From NCBI GenBank assembly GCA_051362555.1, contig CM120642.1, positions 14,756,001 to 14,820,000 on the forward strand: 64,000 bases of DNA, read 5' to 3'. The notes beneath the pieces are model-generated. The model was not told the origin of the DNA, did not search any database, and saw nothing but the letters and a program-made list of their open reading frames with translations. The position numbers were made by a program, and so were the translations under genes. How positions within the stretch are numbered: the stretch's first letter is position 1; each line of letters opens with the position of its first letter. Origin of the DNA: Lingula anatina. Taxonomy: Eukaryota; Animalia; Brachiopoda. Below are positions 26,375-39,039 of this stretch, one piece after another.

Positions 26375-27793
26375 TCATCGTCCTGTGTTTGCACTTTTTT
26401 CGCACACAAATGGTCGTTTGACTCCACATGTAATATCAATCCAGGCAAATTTTTGTGGTTCATAAAGACACAAACAATACTCAGAGGATGTGTGCGTTGG
26501 TTCGTTTGGAACCCACCGTGCGTAGGTAGCTATGGTCTTCCCAGTAGATTTCCATATCCAGTGGTGATTACTAGTTGGAAACACCTGGTGACCGCTGGTC
26601 CAGTAACATACACCATTCATCTGAAAAAAAGGGGGATACGGAGCTGCACTTCTCTGATTTGTATGATATATTAAATGATACATTTTATTACTAAAGCTTT
26701 TGTTGTTCATTGTAGTTACATGTACATGTACCAACAATGAAATTAAAAAACAAGCAGTACGGGTGAATGTTAAATAACACTAACAGTACAAATAAGTATC
26801 AATGTATGACGAACTTAGCCACGTACTGCATATGAACATTGCAATGGAGTGATAGTACACTTTAAAGTAACATACGTTTTTCAGCTGCAGTGACAAGTAG
26901 TTGTCCTCTTGGTATGATTCTATTGCCACGAGATCTGCCCCCATGGCTTTACAAATCAATCTCGCCTCAGACTGCGTTTTAGGTATCCAACCAATGTAAT
27001 AACAGCGGCCATTAAAATTATAATCGAAGAATTTTCCACATGCATTCCTTTTTGTGGCAGACCGTTCAACCAAGGACTCTGAATACGGAAAAAATAACAC
27101 CAACTGTCAAAGTATCATGGTTTTTGTTTTGTTTAGAATATTTGAAAAAAACCATTTCTTAATGGACTGCAATATAAATACCGATGTGTCTTACTTATAT
27201 CGGATGGATAATAGTGAATCGGAATTTCGGTTTTAATGACTAATATCTAATTAAAAGGAATTTTCTCTTAGTTCAATTTCATGGTCTTTGTGCATTATTA
27301 AATAGAAAACAACTGCCTATTTCATGCAGATAACAAGTGTTGTTTATCGGTCTTTTTGATTTATGGAAGCCTTATTTACGTGACTTATGACCCCCCCCCC
27401 CCCCAAAAAAAAAAATAATAATAATAAATAAAATAAATTGGAATTGTTAGGTCAGTTATTTCAGAAAAGGTAATCACTGTGCAAAAATGTGTTAAACTTT
27501 ACCTGTAAATCGTTTCTAAAATGAATATTAAGTCTTTTGATAAGTTCAAATGTTTAAACACGTCACATAGGTAAAAATATTCTCTTATAACATTTTATCA
27601 TTTTTACCATTTAAAATGCTCTTATCGTATTTTCCAGTGCTGATAGTTTTAGATTTCGTGAAAACATACAAACATACGTAAGTTTGAATAAGATACTAAT
27701 TAAAAACTTAATGTACTGTTGTATTGGTTCGTTACCTCCAAAGACAAAGCCCATGCAAAGCAGTAGCAGGAGAACAAAAGGCCCACTAGCCAT
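26375..27793 (-). CDS. Secreted single-CRD C-type lectin, copy B (about 168 aa)
   Basis: Exons 27793-27736 (MASGPFVLLLLLCMGFVFG), 27078-26876 and 26620-26375. EPT/WID motifs and conserved CTLD cysteines; paralog of copy A. Confidence 0.9.
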
Positions 27794-28673
27794 CTCAAGA
27801 ACAGCGCACAAACAGATTTCAACTTCTTCTGAGCGATGCCCGAGTCAAATGAAGAGGCGTCTCTTAAACGTTTCGTAGTTAAAGCGTTCTTAAACCAAGC
27901 CGTGTTTTTATGAAATCTTAGAAGTATGGTATTAGTTTACACGTAATCATTAGTTTTTAAATATCCGGATGCTTTGTTGATAATTTTTCATTGTAATTCA
28001 CGTTTCTTAGAATGCCACCGTTATCACAACACGAGATATTTGATACTCAACCTCTCCAGGTTGAATATGAAAAAAACAAAAAAAAAAAAAAAAAAAAAAA
28101 AAAAAACAAGGCAGCAAAGCTGTCAAATGTACAGACAAAAAACAGAAAATAAAGATGCAAAATAGGTCATTTTGTCAATTTTGATGCAATAATAAATAAT
28201 GCTTATAATAGCACTGTCAGTCAACACTGAATTTTAATCATGCACAACAGGTAAAATGGTCAATAACATGAGCGGACCCAGAGATATTTTCTGACAGTAT
28301 TACAAAGTATCTATTTTGATCCATCCTCCATTTTGATGGTCTTCCAACAGAAGAAAAAATAGATACCAGGCAATATCAACTTAATAACCTGACTGTCTTC
28401 CGGAAGACCCAGAAGATGGTCTCAATCTACCCTTTCAATAAGATTACAGTTTCAGGACCATGAGAGACCAAAGTCACATGATGAAAGTCTCAATATTTGA
28501 AAAATGATGACAGTGCATAAAGTAATATTACATAAGTAACATAATGTTTAAAGACATAAAAACAATACAACTGCTTATGTGGAAATACAGAAATGTCAGA
28601 GCCTCAGGCGGATGAGAGTTAAAAGTCACAAATGCAAGTGTTTGAGAAAAAATTATAAAGGAAAACATAACAA

Positions 28674-28858
28674 AACTAGAAAAGCGCTCCGAGAGTGCAG
28701 ACCTCTGCCAAGGTAGCAATTGTTGATTATTATTGATTATTGTCCTCTTTGGCCCACTTCTGACAGTTCCTGAAAATTTCAGCAAAATCGGTCCATAACT
28801 TTTTGAGTTATGTTGATGACAAACAGGGGTGAAAATATAACCTCCTTGGCAGAGGTAA
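28674..28858. mobile_element. Short Helentron/HINE-like non-autonomous element
   Basis: Begins aactagaaaagcgctccgagagtgc; subterminal inverted repeat acctctgccaagg (28701-28713) / ccttggcagaggt (28844-28856). Architecture resembles HINE/DINE-1-type elements. Confidence 0.6.
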
Positions 28859-28904
28859 ATATAATTCCAATGAAGCTGCTATTCAAACTTTTAATCTTTA
28901 AGTT

Positions 28905-28906
<2 letters not shown>

Positions 28907-28978
<72 letters not shown>
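28907..28978. repeat. (AT)n microsatellite
   Basis: Directly visible. Confidence 0.95.
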
Positions 28979-28985
<7 letters not shown>

Positions 28986-29269
28986 TTATTTGCAATATTA
29001 AACAAAATTCACCTGCATAATTATCACTGCTTCCTTATTATTAATCTAGCAGAGAGCTTAACCTATGGGAGTTTACAGGGAAATATGAACAAGTGTGCTT
29101 TATGTAATCTCATTTAATGGCTGATTAATTAGGCAAATTACTTTATAACACCGAAATTAGCTAAGTGATACCCAAGGGAAATTTACAGACTGACCCTCTC
29201 AAAGGTCTTTCAGGCCCATAAGTCACAACTTAAGAAAAGCACAAAACAATAATGCACAAAATAAGAGAC

Positions 29270-30760
29270 TACCAATTCTGATGCAATAATACATTATGTT
29301 TAACTGCACAGTCAACATCAAATTTTAATTTTGCACAACAGGTAACACCAACGAAAGTAAAAGCATAAGGCTTCAGGCCCATCAGAGTTCAAGTTTATAC
29401 TTAGAAAGTGCCAGAATGAGAAAAATGAAATTTCACACAAAATTGCATAAAATTCAATAATAAATGATAACCCAATTGACCTGGCTTTCTAATTTGAACT
29501 GCATGCCAATCCTAAAAATCATGCTCATAAGTTAAATATAATAATAAATAACACAGTTTTCTTTTCATAATGTTTGCAGTAGCAGTGCAAAAAGATTATT
29601 GTCAATTTTGATGTAACATTACATAATAAATTATAGAATAATTATCACCAATTTTTGATTATTGACTATAAATAGCATGACCATGTAGAAAATATGATTA
29701 CCATCCGGCTTCATGTCCATGGGAGCTCCGAGTCCCACAATGAATATACCAAAAAGATAATGAATATTTCACTAAAATGCATAACTTCCAGAAAAAGAAG
29801 CCAATCAGACTGCTTTTCCAACTTGGGCTGCATTTTAGTCCTGTGTTTCTTTTTTGAAAGTTTGACAATCATAAGTAACACGGTTTTCCCATAATGGTCA
29901 TCATGGCAGAAGCACCAAAAATTGTGTTTTCTTCTATTTTGATGCAACATTACATAATGCTTAACAGCATAATACATCAATTTTTAATAATAAAATATGT
30001 GTCATGGATTTTCAGAAAATGTGACTAGCATGGGTCTTCAAGCCCGTGGAGGTTCTAAGTTGCACCTTGAAAATGCCAAGAAGTGAAAAATTAAATTTTC
30101 ACAAAAAACTGTTAAATTGCCAGAAAAATTTACCAAACAGACTGCATTGCCTACTGAAGCTGTATGTTAGACCCATGTTTCTCTCCTGTAAGTTTGAGAA
30201 CAGTAAGTGACATGATTTCCCTTAAATGGTCATCATAGGAGCAGTGCCCAAAATAGGTTTTTTTTCAAATTTTGATGCAACATTACATAATGTTTAACAG
30301 CATAATGACCATCAAATGTTATTAATAAAATATCAGTAACATGGACATTCAGAAAACATGACAAGCAAAGGTCTTCACGATCATGGAACTTCAAAGTCAC
30401 ACCTTAAAAATGCCAACATGTGAAAAAATAAATTTTCACAAAAAACTGTTTAACTGCCAGAAAAAGTTACCAAACAGACTGCATTGCCTACTGAAGCTGT
30501 ATTTTAGTCCCATGTTTCTTTCCTGTAAGTTTGAGAACAGTAATTGACATGATTTTCCTTAAATGGTCATCATGGGAGCAGTGCCCAAAATAGGGGCTTC
30601 TTCAAATTTTGATGCAATATTACATAATGTTTAACAGCATAATGACCATTAATTTTTAATTATAAAATATTAGTATCACAGATATTCAGAAAATGTGACT
30701 AGCAAAGGTCTTCAGGCCCATGGAACTTCAAAGTCACATCTTGAAAATGCCAAAATGTAA
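29270..30760 (+). repeat. Diverged tandem repeat, about 330-337 bp period, about 4-5 units
   Basis: Anchor gatgcaacattacataatg and variants recur near 29280, 29610, 29941, 30274 and 30611; ccaaacagactgcattgcctactgaagctgtat near 30133 and 30471. Confidence 0.8.
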
Positions 30761-31159
30761 ACAAGACAACACTGTTCTGAAATGGGTTTATTTCCGTTTT
30801 TAACACTTTTTTAACATAAAACAAAATAAACATTTTACTGCCATTTTTTTATGACCAACTAAGAAAATTAATGAGATGAGAATATATATCAATAGAACAG
30901 TGTTAAATGTCCAATTTCCTCCATTCTGAGATTCTTAACATAGTGGATGATTGAATCTGACAAACTGCAATGATATGAGTTTATTTCCGTTTTTGACACT
31001 TGATTACACAATACATGATAAAAAGTTTACCATCATTTTTACATAATCAACTAACAATGTTGTAAAGATGCAGGAAATGTCAAACAAACACTTTTACGTA
31101 TCTTATTACTTAAATAATAAGGCTATTAACATGCCTAAGAATTAAATCTGAGGAAACCT

Positions 31160-31725
31160 GAGGAAATGTGAAAAAACAGCATAACTTCTAAAATAATGCC
31201 CCGATTATGCTGATTTTCGAACTCAACCTGCGTTTTAGTAAGACTGACCATTCCTGTGAGTTTAATGACAATTGGGCTTTCTGTTTTTCTTATATTGTGT
31301 TTACAGTGTTGCATATATGCTGAACAATGAAAAAACCGCATAACTACTAAAATAGTGGCCCGATCATGCTGATTTTCGAACTTGACCTGCGTTTTAGTAA
31401 GATTGATTACTCCTGTGAGTTTTAATGACAACAGGCCTAACGGTTTTCCTTAAAATGTGTTCACAAGGTTGCATATATGCTGAAAAGTGAAAAAACAGCA
31501 TAACTTCTACAATAATGGCCCGATCATGCTGATTTTCGAACTTGACCTGCATTTTATGAATATTCATCAGCTCTGTAAATATAAAGCCAAAAAGTGAAAC
31601 TGCCTTCCACTTATCGTGTTTACAAAGAAAGTGCACGGCGCCGGCGACGGCATCGGCGACGGCGACGACAGACGCAGGTGATGGCAATATGTACAGACAC
31701 ATCTGTGTCTGTACATAAAAAAAAA
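31160..31725 (+). mobile_element. Helentron/HINE-like element with internal 160-bp tandem repeats
   Basis: gcataact.cta.aata.tg.cccgat.atgctgattttcgaact recurs near 31179, 31339 and 31498, then a (cggcga)n microsatellite, the terminal palindrome atgtacagacacatctgtgtctgtacat and an A-run. Confidence 0.65.
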
Positions 31726-32442
31726 GAAGGCTGATGGCAGTCACTGTTATAGCAGTAGAAAGATCCCCCACAACATTTATATGCCCAGACTGATCTGGCA
31801 AAAGTTGACTGTCCACTAAAATGGGTACCTGTATGTTCATGGGTGGCCTTTATATAAATCCTCATACTCTACCAATTTTGTAGCAAGCTGGCTTAAAAAG
31901 TATCGTAAATAAGTACGGTGGTTTTTACATGTATACTTTGCCTTTTGGAACGTATCCTTAAAGCAATGTCCCCTAATTTTATATTAACCGATGGTCAGTG
32001 GATAAAACTCCAGACACGTGTGCACACCGTTATGTTCTACTACAGGTCTTCTTTAGCTGCTACAAACTTTGATTCAAGTGTTTAGTCCAATTCTGTAACC
32101 GTAAGAGAAGGCGGAGTAGACCTCTGATAAAGGGCACTGAAACTACTAGCTTACTGCGTTCTCACTAGAATTCGCGGTAAAAATGGCTCTCAGAAAAAAA
32201 AAGAATATGGGAGTCCATTTAAAGTTTTGACTGTGTTTATTTTAAGAAAGACAGTACACAGACTTTCCTTGTTATCAACATTACGTTTTACAAAGAAACT
32301 AATCTTAGCAGACACATGATATCATTTAAATTATTAACACGATTCCTGGAAAAGCAAAACCGCAGGCACCATTTCCGCAAAGACCCCTGGACAAGCAAAA
32401 ATAAATACTAAACAACTTTAAAAAAACACATTGAAGTAAGGT

Positions 32443-35400
32443 TCAATCATAGTCAAAATCCTCCAAAATCAAGTCAACTTTTTGAGACACTCTTTTGCAT
32501 CCAGACTTTGAAAAAAGTTGTTTACTGGGAGGGTGGTACTGCAGCTCATCTGCTACTTTGCTGAGAATTTCCTCTGTAATTTTTTCATCTGAAATATTTT
32601 TAGCTCTCAGGTCATCCCTAATGCACATCTTGACATGTTTTCTCTCCAGAGGAAGAAACGGTACAAAGCTGCTTATTAAGTTCATTTCAATGATATTGCT
32701 GTGCCACAGGCCGCCTGATGGAAAAATGAAAACGAAACAACAAATCTAGGATAATATACACACTTTTTAAATTCATAAAAAATTGATTTTTCATATTTTT
32801 GATAATTAATTTTTTTTTATCTATCTCAGTGACAAAATGATATTAATTTTACTTCTTACTTTTAATTATACTATTCACTAAGCTAGACTTTTCTTCTGGA
32901 AATTAAAATCTCATTCTAAATATATTAATTTTTTAATTTGAATGATATTACTACTGGTTGGTTCTATTACAGGCAACAGTGTTATATAATATCCCAGAAG
33001 TGAGTGTTATATAAAATCCCTGAACCGTAAGACTCTTACCATGTTCATTGTATGCACTCAAAATAATGACGTTTTCCATGTCCTTGTGTTTTATCTCCTC
33101 CCTCCTTTTTCCTTTTTCCCAGTGGGCAATGGTGTGCTCTGTGATTGCATTACCACCAGTGTTACTGAAATGGGATTAATATTATAAATATTTTACATCA
33201 GCATATTGACTTCTTTTTTTTTACATTTACAAATAAATTCAAACAGAATGAAATGAGCTAAGTTGCACTCAGGTGACCTTATCCAAATTTACCAAAGCCT
33301 AATTTGCTCAAATTTAATATAAGCTTGTCCAGTACGGTATTACTGTCTGAATGATGAGCATTGCAATGTTTTAGACCCCATTCACACAGACACCATTGGT
33401 CTGACTGAATCGATCCAACTCTGTGGGGACTCTTGCTGACTGCAGTCAGCTTAACTGAATGACATGCCTCTTCCTGGTGTTGAGCAGAATACAGAAAAGC
33501 TGGTGATTAGATGAGTACATTCAGTTCAGCTAACTGCACTTAGCAAGAGTCCCTGCAGAATTAGGTAGATCCACATAGACCAATGGTATCTATAGGAATG
33601 TGGTTTTAGAGTCCATCTAAGCAAAAAAAAAAAAAAAAAAAATACCCCCAGTTATTATAGGTCACATTTACACATGAAAATTGCAAAGTTCATTAAAGCT
33701 TCATTATGAGGAAAAAAAAAGGAAAAGAAGAAATACCTGTGACATTACCTTAGAAAAATAAATGTTGTTTTCCTATAATTTACTCCATTTATCTCTGGGT
33801 AAACATCTAGGAAAGGTTTTATTGCATCTATAAGGCCTTCAGGCATTTTATCCATCTCATCAAATATAAACAGAGTGCGAGGACACTTGGTGGTATTTCC
33901 CTTAATCCAAGTTCTCAACTGGTCCTAGAACCAACAAAGTAAGAAATTCAATATATTTATAAATTAGTTGAATTCAGAATTTTTGATGTTTATTTGATGG
34001 AAAAAGATAAGTGTTACTGTAAGTAAGCAGAAGAGTGTAATTAAAAGATGCATGACTACATTTTGCCAAAATAACTTTCTTTTGAGGAAGAAAATTGTTG
34101 ACTTATAATAAAAAAAATTCTATTTTTAAAAGTGCGCTACACAAGAGTCTCAGCTTTGATTATAAAAACTACCACAAATAGATCCTTAAACCACTATAAA
34201 AAGGAATAAAGGCTAAACACAAGAAGCATAAATATTCTAAATAAATTTTAAAAAATTCTTCTTTACGAGTTGCATTTAACTCGTTTAAAACATTTGACGA
34301 TAAAAATTGGTGAGCTCGAATCTCATAACTACCATGCCCATACCCTCTACCAGGGCAACAGATTGATTTTTCACAAGATATTCACAGAAATGTCTTTTGA
34401 TGAATAGACAGTCATTTCATTCTCTGGCTTTTTCAAGATATTTCCCTATAATATCTGCCACCCTGGTAGAGGGTACCATTTCCACGTTTTTTTTTCTTTT
34501 TGCCTTTGTGAATTTGCCCACTTATTCTTAGTAATCTTTTGGGACTAGCTTATTCTAAAATGTTGTTTAGATAATGATAACATTCTTAAAACTGTATTTA
34601 ACAATGATAACCATTCATTGAAAAATAAGTGAGAAAAAAAGCTAGTATAACCCCAGAAAATTAAGTACTAGTAAGTTTAATAATATTGCAATGAATGACA
34701 TTCAAAATTGTCTGCATGACATACCAAAAATTTATCCATAAATGCATTATTTCTATAATTAATAAGCAAACACAGAGAGAAAGATAAACAAAGAGAGAGA
34801 AAGAATGCAAGATTATTTACTTTATATGTCTCCACCTTGCTGGCATGGGGAAAATGTAGTGTGGCAATAAACAGGTGAACATACTGGCTCTCCATGCCCT
34901 TGTGGTAGAGATGCTCAGCTATTATCTTACTAACAAAATTCTTCCCTCCGCCTGTCCACCCATGGAAGGCAAGAACCAAGGCTTTTTGTGGATCTGGAAG
35001 GTATTATAAGGCATGCATTTAAACATACTCTCACATAAGTTATAAACAAAGAACAATTAATGTAAAAAATGTTAAATTAACAAACATGTATAGAGTTCTA
35101 TCTGAATCACTCTAAATATCCTTAAATATATATACACTCAGAACCTCCACTCTATTACAGGAACTAAGATGACATTGTATTGTTCTACAGTCTTACTCGG
35201 GGAAACACGACTACCAAAAACAACAAAATGTATCTTATATCACAGTGAAATAGGAGTGGAGAATAAAAGAACACAGTGCATTGTATGACAACTACTATTC
35301 AGACACAAGGTAAAATACTGATCTATTGAATTTCTCCTTTAAAAACTCCTCCTCCATTTAATCAGGTTCTTAACATGTTACTAATACTTAATTACTTTTG

Positions 35401-36870
35401 TTTTTAATATGTCCTGTGATGGCCCTGACAGTAGTATCAACAACAAGATGCTGTCCATGGAGACGAGATTCCAATGCTGTCTTCATACCTTGTGAAAGAA
35501 GAGATACATATGTAATTACTGTTGTTATTCATTTCAAACATACAGAGTAAATTCATCACTTTATGTGCAAAGTGTATGCATATTAAAAGTTGTGTAATGC
35601 AACATGTTAAGAATGTTCACACTCAAGCAAATTTTAAATTGCCATTAACACGGATAGGTATTTAGACTATACAATAAGGTAAACTTGTGAAAGAGAATCT
35701 TGGAAAATAAACAATAAGGAAAAAAAAGTTTCTTTAGCATAACCTTCAATTTTGGTACATCTACCGTGCATTTCCTGGGCTACATCCTCCTTTTGATGGT
35801 TTGTAAATTGGGTGTATGAAATTCCCTAAATCAGGCCTAAATCCCTCTGTCCTATGAAAATGTGACAGAAACACTCGGGTGCTATACAGAGGAATTGGTA
35901 AAGGTCAGACATGACTATAGCAGTCTAATTGCATGTCTCCATTTTCATAAGGACCATTTTATCCTACTGGGTGACGTATTCTATACTGTAGGACAACTTA
36001 GTGATGACATTAATTCCACACCAAAACTCACAGTAGAAAAAATTGACATGATAATAGGCCACAGATTTATCTAGGAATATCAAGTGAAAAACCAATCCAT
36101 GGCCCTGTCAGAGGCTAGTTTCTATCCAACTCCCTGGTGGAGGGTATAGTTTCATCTCAACTTTGAGCAACATTCTGGACAGCTGGAATGGCACACAGGT
36201 GTATGTTTGTGATTTATTTTAAGACGGCAGAGATGTTCATGCCTGCATGATTCTGGAAATTTCATACATCAGATTAACAAACAAACAATGAGAGGGTGTA
36301 GCCTGGAAAAAAAGGTTGTTTATACCAAGTTTGAGGATGATCCAGTGTCTACTTCCATCATCATTTAGATGTACTTTTCAAGATTCTGCATTTTTATCAA
36401 ATTTGTTTAAAATACTTAAGCCATATTTGAAAGTATTTTGGCATGGTATATTAGCAGGGGATTCTTAATTTTTTATAAATGTGGTTTTAGGTTCATTTAC
36501 TAGGCTGATTTGCCATACAAGGTGGTATTCAAGCGTGTGGACCCTTCATTATTTATTATAGACAGGATTCAGTAAGTCTTCAGTCTTCCCACAAAATTAA
36601 CTTTATAATCATAGAACAAAACAAGAGCTTTTTTTAAAATAAGGCCTTATGTTTCCTACCAGTCAGATTTGCTATGAGCCATCTGTCGTCGCAACATTCG
36701 TACATTCGACATTTCAGGAGTTCATAACCTGCAAATAATCCCGATGCGGCCAAAGCTGTAACAACTGCTATCCCAGATGTTACTGGTTCCAGAGTTTCTA
36801 CTGGACATAGGGAGAATACCGCAAGATGAAAAAACAAAACAGACACTAGTATGTTGCTATTCGCCTGCAT
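32443..36870 (-). CDS. TOR1A: Torsin-1-like ER-lumenal AAA+ ATPase (349 aa)
   Basis: Exons 36870-36660, 35488-35396, 34993-34821, 33924-33749, 33164-33040, 32714-32443 give 1050 nt in frame. Signal peptide plus hydrophobic segment, ECC, LHGQHLV, Walker A GWTGGGKN, Walker [21 protein letters not shown] and the GCK sensor-2. The symbol denotes the family (TOR1A/B co-ortholog). Confidence 0.95.
33371..33608. mobile_element. Palindromic MITE in torsin intron
   Basis: Arms ttagaccccattcacacagacaccattggtct / agaccaatggtatctataggaatgtggtttta and gggactcttgct / agcaagagtccc. Confidence 0.75.
34341..34475. mobile_element. Short TA-flanked MITE in torsin intron
   Basis: Perfect 15-bp inverted ends taccctctaccaggg / ccctggtagagggta. 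Confidence 0.7.
35780..36050 (+). repeat. Interspersed repeat, paralogous to 25526-25783
   Basis: High visible identity to 25526-25783. Confidence 0.8.
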
Positions 36871-36918
36871 GTTTCATAAATATACATCATTTCACTAATA
36901 GACGTCAAGTTTAAAATT

Positions 36919-36943
36919 TCAGCACATGGGCGCCGCCATTTTG
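36919..36943 (-). promoter_or_regulatory. YY1-type motif overlapping a 6-codon uORF upstream of torsin
   Basis: Minus strand CAAA ATG GCG GCG CCC ATG TGC TGA, ending 49 nt before the torsin ATG. Confidence 0.5.
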
Positions 36944-39039
36944 TTAGATACTGCCCCCTGTCGGCGTAAAGGCGAAACTTTCTTCCTCCACTCTTGAACA
37001 CTCAGCGCAGCACATTTCAGCCAACATTTCTCACGCCAAGTCTCATGCCAAAATAGATATTGTCTACCTGTATTTTTTCCAAAACTATTGGAACTTGAAG
37101 GTAGATTACGAAAATATGATAAAACACCAATGAGCTGGTTTATTAGGCCCTATTCTGTTGAATATACACTGTAGATGGTCTACCGTCGTATTTAGCAAGA
37201 GTGTCGGTCTACCGGTATTTTCACACAGTTGTTCCATGGGTCAATATAATAAGTAATATAACATACTTTATCCAGCTACCTGTAACAAAATTATGCTCCA
37301 AGAACATCGGGGTAAACGTTAGGTTTATTTTACATTACCTAAGTTTGCTTGAAAAAATTTTCGGTCTGCACTTTTAGGCTTTTTAAAAACATTTTGTGTT
37401 CCCCTTGACAATCGCGTGCGTGTTTAAATTCAAGTATTACCACCAAGATCAATGGATAATTAATATACACTTCTGATCCAAGGATAATTGTGTCCCGTGA
37501 TTGTGTAGATCAATTTCATAGTCAAATTCTACGGTCAAATTTTATCAACAGTAATTCTGACGACAATTGCGATACTTTTAAAAGGAATTTAAAACATCTT
37601 TTCATTGTCTTATGATTTTATGATTAATGTTGTTTCTAAGGTCTCATTTTATATCAGTATTTGTAATTTTAAAGGTGTCAAAAATTAAATTGAAACCTTT
37701 TTGTAGCGCTACTTTGAACAAAAAAAATTGTCACTGTTGTTATTATTGCACAGGCGTTAGGTAACACAATCGTACCTATAATAGTTCTCATATTTGCTTC
37801 AGACGAGATATGGGTAATCTAGTTTTGCTTAAGGCAAGTTCTCAATCATCTTTATACGTATAACAAAATTAACACGCACATTCGCATTTCGAGTGCTCAT
37901 ATAACAATGCATTAACAGATACATATTTGACACAGCCTGTAATTTCCAGTGTCTTTCCACTGTACACGGTTCTTGGGGAAATAAGTTATCAAATCACAAA
38001 TCACGGTAAATATTTTTTTCACATCTCACTGATAATGCACGTGAACAAATTCTAAAAAATCACGAATCGCCGGATTTAATGACTTAGTCACACGATGGGC
38101 GGAGTATAAAAAAAAACGCATTCATGAATCACGTTAAATAAGTGCCTTTTATGGGTAAGGAAAATACTCAACGGAAGCCTCATATTAAAACTTACTTATT
38201 TCGACCAAATTACATGTATGTGCTTGTTATATCCTTCGAAGATTATTTGTAAATGAGATCTTTTGCGTTTTCCTGAAATGCGTCAATATGTCCTACAATA
38301 AGTGTTTTAACTTTTAATATTAGGAGAAATATATTAACGGCCGCAGAACCATCCTCCCCCCCCCCCCCCCCCCCCCCCGGGGGGGGGGGGGGGGGGTTAT
38401 CAGTGCTTCTTTCTCTAGCAAGAACCATCAAATAGTTTTATCATTAACTAATTACAGTTCATGATTTTAGCGTTAAGTAACCTTGGCTTGTTTTTTTCGC
38501 GTCGGCATTTCTTGGGCCTAAGCATAAATAAAAAAACACGCACTAAATTTCAGTTCTAAGTACCCCTACCTCTGTGATATTACATGCATTATTAGAATGT
38601 AAAGAAGCTGTCCGTTTGGTCTAAAGATGTAAACATTTTCTCTTTTCAGAAGCTCATCGAGATTTTTAATATAAATTTACAATCTTCCTATTTAAAAATT
38701 AAATTAAATTTTTGTACTCTAGCAAAATGAAACTAATTCGTTCGTTCTCCTGGATATAATTTTTCTATGTTTCATTATATAGGACGGGTCTGTATTTGAC
38801 GGGTACGTATTCCATTTTTATTTGGTGACCTATATGAATACTTCCGTTTGAAATTTGAACAGAGAATGAAGGTGGAAAGATTCGGCTGTAACCTTACATT
38901 CTTAGGGTGGAACATAAAGCCCATTTTTCAGTGCATTTTCTATGGACCAAATTGAGAAAATTAAAATCATATTTGCATTATATCCCCAATTCCTTCGTGC
39001 ATTCTTGTGACCACTTTCAAGAAATTCCTATGGTTTCAT

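Noticed and set aside
27503-27515. Apparent AG/GT-flanked micro-exon shared by both lectin introns (also near 19848-19860)
   Set aside because: 13 nt would break the frame, exons 1 and 2 already join in phase, and the surrounding intron is equally conserved.
31135-31865. ORFs with repeated KFENQHDRA peptides
   Set aside because: Translation of the 160-bp tandem repeat.
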